This document shows, piece by piece, positions 59,331 through 64,000 of a stretch of DNA of 64,000 nucleotides. The notes below the pieces were generated by a model, which was not told where the DNA came from, made no database searches, and was given only the letters and a program-made list of their open reading frames with translations. A program made the position numbers and the translations under genes. The stretch spans positions 69,502,001 to 69,566,000 of the forward strand of contig OX597815.1 in NCBI GenBank assembly GCA_951406725.2, given 5' to 3'. Source of the DNA: Octopus vulgaris. Its lineage: Eukaryota. Every line of letters begins with the position of its first letter. The stretch's first letter is position 1.

Positions 59331-59364
<34 letters not shown>

Positions 59365-59661
59365 TTTATTTGTTAGGGAATAAAAAATTCCGGCATAACA
59401 GAGTTTCAAATTATTCTCAATGAAGAAATATATATTTTAATTTAGAGATAGTAGGCCCCTTCATCACCCCATAAAAAATAATTTTTATTTTAAATACCTA
59501 CTGTTTTATAACTTGGCTACACGTGTTTCATGAGGTACATTCCCCGGTTTCTAAACCACTCGGCAGAATTTGAACTCAGAACGTAAAGACAGATGGTCAT
59601 AATATGCAAACATTTCTCATGGCACCAGTACACTGTTTACAGATGCTTACATTTTTTGTTT

Positions 59662-59689
59662 TCCGTGAATTTTTCACGGGTCCAGCTAG
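59662..59689 (+). terminator. Second Helitron-type 3' terminus (hairpin + CTAG)
   Basis: CCGTGAA-tt-TTCACGG (t-rich loop) followed within ~6 nt by CTAG|T. Confidence 0.7.
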
Positions 59690-59750
59690 TTTATATTACT
59701 ATATGATTGAACACCATGCATCCATCTCCAAGTAAGTTTATCTCCCTCCC

Positions 59751-59821
<71 letters not shown>

Positions 59822-60259
59822 ACACACAAATCATATATGCAATACCTGATTATATAAAACAACAGAACAAAATGAACAGAATAAACCTAACAAATGACTG
59901 ATACAACTGAAATAGAATATTTCACTCATTCACAGCTCGAGGATAAACAATATTTTCCGTAAAGGTAAGGCTTCTTTTAGTTCCCAAGCACATCAACGCT
60001 AATGGCGTACGCACATATACGCCTAACTCCACTCTCCTTCACACCTACATACACACAGTTAATTGTCGTCGGTGTATGTTGGTGTGTTTGCGTGCTCCCA
60101 GCATTTCGTATTTGTGTGAACATGTGGGCGTGTGTGTGTATGCATGCACATAGCTGTCTGTCGGTCTGACTTTATCGCACACGCACTTTTACCATCTCCT
60201 ATCGCCTACGTCACAGATTGTTTACAGCACAGGAATTTACCGTTAGCACTTTAATGGAC

Positions 60260-60394
<135 letters not shown>

Positions 60395-61024
60395 GAACGC
60401 AATGAGCTGGCAGATTCGTTAGCACACTTAGCGGTATTGTTTCTGTATTTACGTTTTCGTTTCAAATTCCGCCAAGGTCGACTTTGCCTTTCGTCCTTTC
60501 GGATTGGCAAGAATTTAGAAGTTATAGAAGAACGAGAGTTACGTGCATTGGCACTTATCGCGAAACTCTCGGCACTTGAGTCACCCTGTAACTTCTGATG
60601 ATTATATAATGTAATGTAATGTGTCAGTGTAATCGATTATCCTCCTCTCCTTAAAATGACTGGTCTTGTGTCAAAATTTGGAGCAATAATTTTATCCAGT
60701 GATGGAGGAAAAGGCAAAGACGATGTGGGTGGGATTTAAACTTAAAATATAATGAGTTATAACAAATACTGAACGTATTTTGTTGATCATTCTAACAATT
60801 CAGTCATTCTGTCTCCTTGATCCACTCATATAATTAGCATAACATATTTCTGCACAGTAAGCGTTCTGCGTCCTGTGGGTCATCATAGGTTATCGTCTAA
60901 CTGCATTTGTATTCCCGCATCCAGTTTAATAATTTCCTACTCTACAAAAGTTTCTTCACCAATAAATTCTGTTCAGAAACAGCTGCATATCTTCTTAATA
61001 TTTTATCGTGCGAGAGTGCGAAAG

Positions 61025-61440
61025 CGCGTAGTCTAGTGAAATATGAAGTGGTCGGCTCTTCAGGGTCGTGGCTTAGTGATTAGAGTGTGACTGGCTCTTG
61101 CAGGCACGTGGCCTTGTGACTTAGTGGGTGGTGGTCGGCTCTTGCAGCGTGTATGGCCTCGTGATTAGAGTGTGGTTGGCTCTCTTGCAGTCGCACAGTC
61201 TCTTGTAGGGCATGGCCTAGCGATTAGGGTGTGCTCGGCTCTTGCAGGACCGTGGACTGGTGGTTGGGATGTGGTCGGCTCTTGTAGACGCATGGCCTTG
61301 TGATTAAGATGTGATCGGCCCTTGCAGAGCATAATCTAGCGATAGGATGTGGTCCAATTCCTGGACCGGGCAGTCTATTTCATCCTTGAGCAAGGCACTC
61401 CATTTCACGTTGGTCCAATCAATTCACCCAGCAGTAATGA
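61025..61440 (+). repeat. Degenerate ~40 bp minisatellite (about 7-8 units) running into a SINE-like body
   Basis: Unit consensus gtggtcggctcttgcagg.cgtggcct.gtgattagg.t; followed by ccttgagcaaggcact core-like motif. Confidence 0.75.
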
Positions 61441-63860
61441 AAACTAGCCGGATACTGATGGTGGTTCAGCTCTCTCTCCCTCCTATTGTAACATCCTTGA
61501 TGTTCCACTGAGTCAAATGTGGGAGGGATGAAATGGTATATTGGGTATCTAGGTCTACAGACAAAATCATAGGTACCTCTGACCATTGCCGAAAGTATTT
61601 TACCAACCTAGATTCTCTAACGAGTGGTGGCTGGATGTACGGTACTCCTTACTTCTATGTGAGAATATATAACATCGTACCTTTTGTTACACTCAACGTT
61701 AATGAGCTGTAGAGATAAAACTGATCAAATCACCGACTGTAAACCCTGCTAAGTTGTTATAATCCGCATAAACTATACTCATCAAGGATAACACTAACAG
61801 TAACACAGCATCGTTTGACACGAATATTTGCAACTAACATTATTTGAATGGAAATGGTAAATTTATGAAATTTATATGTAAGCTATCAATCACTCGGTAC
61901 TCAGTCACCTCGGCTAAAAGAAAGCTTAGTTCTCACTGTTAATTGCCATGGAGTTGGACAGAACAAAAAAGAAGGTAGACTAATGAACTACCTCTACAGG
62001 CATTACATGTATTTTATACAGAGACAAGTAATTAAGTAATTGAACAATTATAAAAACAAACATGAAGAATTAAAATGAAACGAAGCTTACTACTACTCGT
62101 TGTTGTTCCTTGCAGATATTTAATAACAAAAATCTCAGTCGAAAATATGATTAAAAAATATAAAACATTATTTTTCAAATATTCTCTTATGTAACTGAGT
62201 GCGTGAGAAAATGCCGAGAACACGAGAAGCAAGCAAATAAATGTTACTGCAAGTCTACACAAGTCTACTGTAATGAATATAAAACAACAAACTGTACTAA
62301 AATCTGTTCTGATTTCCCTGGAGTAACAAGCAATATAATGATTCGGAGTGTATTCGTTGCATTACATGAACAGCTCACGCAACGAAGAAAAGCATATCAC
62401 GCAAAGAAAAACAGGAAATATATAGATTTTCCTCTAAAAATCATTGTAAAAAGTAAATTTTATGAAATATTTTAAATTAAAATAGGATACTGGAAAGGAA
62501 GGAGGAAAGAAAAAATACAGCTTCAAGATACGAAACTAAATAGTTAATGTAGAAATAATACCTGCCTTGTGACGCAAGATATTTATTTTTACATATTATG
62601 TCAAAGGCGAAAGATCTTCACCTAAAACTAACGACATCAACAACACATTGTAGTAAGCTAAACAAAACTAAGCTTATTTTAGGAAGTATTTCAGGATATT
62701 TGGAGATTAAAATAACAGAAAAAAATGGAAGAAGATATTCAGAGAATTCAGGAATAAAATGTAAACAAGAATTTTATGGAGTTAATACAAGAAATCTGAG
62801 CAAAAATCAGAAATAATGCTTCCTAATTTAAACAGCAATTTTGAGGGGAAAGTATCAATCTTTTCTATCGACTCCAGTTCTTGACTATCATTGTATTCTA
62901 TCGAACTCAGAAAGGAAAAATTAACCTCGATGGGATTTGAACTCAGAACGTAAAGTTGAGGGAGAAAATGCTAAAAGGTTGGGTTTTTTTTAAAAATTAT
63001 CCGACGCTCTAACGATTCTGCCAGTTTCTTGTCTTAAGAAAAGAGCAGCTCAAATATAATGAGCTTTTAGAAGACATCGAAAAATCTTTGCTGAAGAACA
63101 GCACATTGGAATAAATAGTTTACCTATGACAAGAAATTTTAAAATTGGCTATTTTAAAAATGAGTAAGGTATTAAATTGGTCTTCGATTTAAAATTTAAA
63201 CTTCTAATCCCGCCAAGATATTTTTGGAAATAATTATATTTCCCTTAGAGTAACTGGCTGGAAGGACACACCACGTCTTATAATTACAAATATAAAACAA
63301 ATACAAGACAAGTGGATTCAGAAAGTAACTTTAGGAAACGATAAGGATAGGGAAACACTAAGAAGAAATTATATCGGTTTCCACCCTAAAAATAAAGGGA
63401 TTTAAATGATAAACAAGATTGAGCGATATCTGGAATGTGGAGAAACGGCTCCTGGGGTCTGTGTAGGGAACAATTATTAGACAGAAGAATTCATAATAAT
63501 TCTTAATGCAACTGAATTGATCCAACTCTTCGATATTGACACGTTATTGGCTACAGGAATTGATAAGCACTTAGGATTCTGAATATATATGAAGAACCTG
63601 TAAGACTCAACTTGGAATAACAAAAAACAAAAAAAAAAAACAAAAAAAAACAGCAATACTAGTCTGACTAATGGGATAAAACCTTCAAATTTCAAAATAA
63701 TAGTAATTAATATATGCTCTTGAAATAACCTTAGCTTAAAATACCGCTGTATATAAAATATAGTATGTATATACAAATATTGAACGGCACTAACTGTGAT
63801 ATTTTATCTCAAACACATTTATTAAAACCTGAGGATTCTGTTCAGGATACTGGTGGCTCG

Positions 63861-63900
63861 CCAGACTCAGTGTTTCGACTTGTTTCGGTCTCCTCAGTAA
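63861..63900 (-). ncRNA. Hammerhead-like motif with weak stem I
   Basis: CTGAGGA-GAC cgaaacaa GTC-GAAAC actga GTC; stem I only T-A/G-T pairs. Confidence 0.45.
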
Positions 63901-64000
63901 TGAAAACCGCGAACGTGTTGAGCTAAGCTGAAAAATATTTGTTCTGATAGAGAAATCAGTGAACAAAACATATACTGATTTCTACGAAAGCTAGTCAGAC

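Larger units (their letters stand above)
52726..59331 (+). mobile_element. Helitron, near full-length (6.6 kb)
   Basis: 5' A|TCTTATTATAAAA; 3' hairpin CCCG-agcaacgc-CGGG then CTAG|T; (TA)n both sides with no TSD; encodes RepHel. Confidence 0.93.

Noticed and set aside
61025-61352. CRISPR-like array
   Set aside because: Eukaryotic context, degenerate units with no unique spacers, no cas genes

Overview
AT-rich, microsatellite-saturated eukaryotic DNA with no recognisable host gene; the SINE families suggest an Octopus-like cephalopod (inference). Almost all short ORFs in the track are translations of simple repeats. The real content is mobile elements. (1) Penelope-like retroelements (PLEs) of two RT + C-terminal GIY-YIG families with a CxCx5Cx5C linker: family A forms a ~3.8 kb head-to-head palindrome at 5.4-9.2 kb plus a third copy at 15.2-17.3 kb, and family B is a near full-length decayed copy at 38.2-44.1 kb. 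(2) Neptune-like PLE remnants. (3) A 6.6 kb Helitron (52726-59331) with intact termini, possibly nested in a second Helitron. (4) Decayed RTE, CR1-like and RLE-type LINE fragments and many SINEs. The most striking layer is RNA structure. More than a dozen type-I hammerhead ribozyme (HHR) motifs can be folded by eye, including a canonical one in a ~0.5 kb non-coding element and a shared non-canonical CCGAAGA core in both PLE families. Many small fold-back insertions have their fold points at or near the HHR CTGANGA box, and unusually long (54-110 bp) flanking duplications occur. All alignments and folds were done by eye, so coordinates may be off by a few bases.
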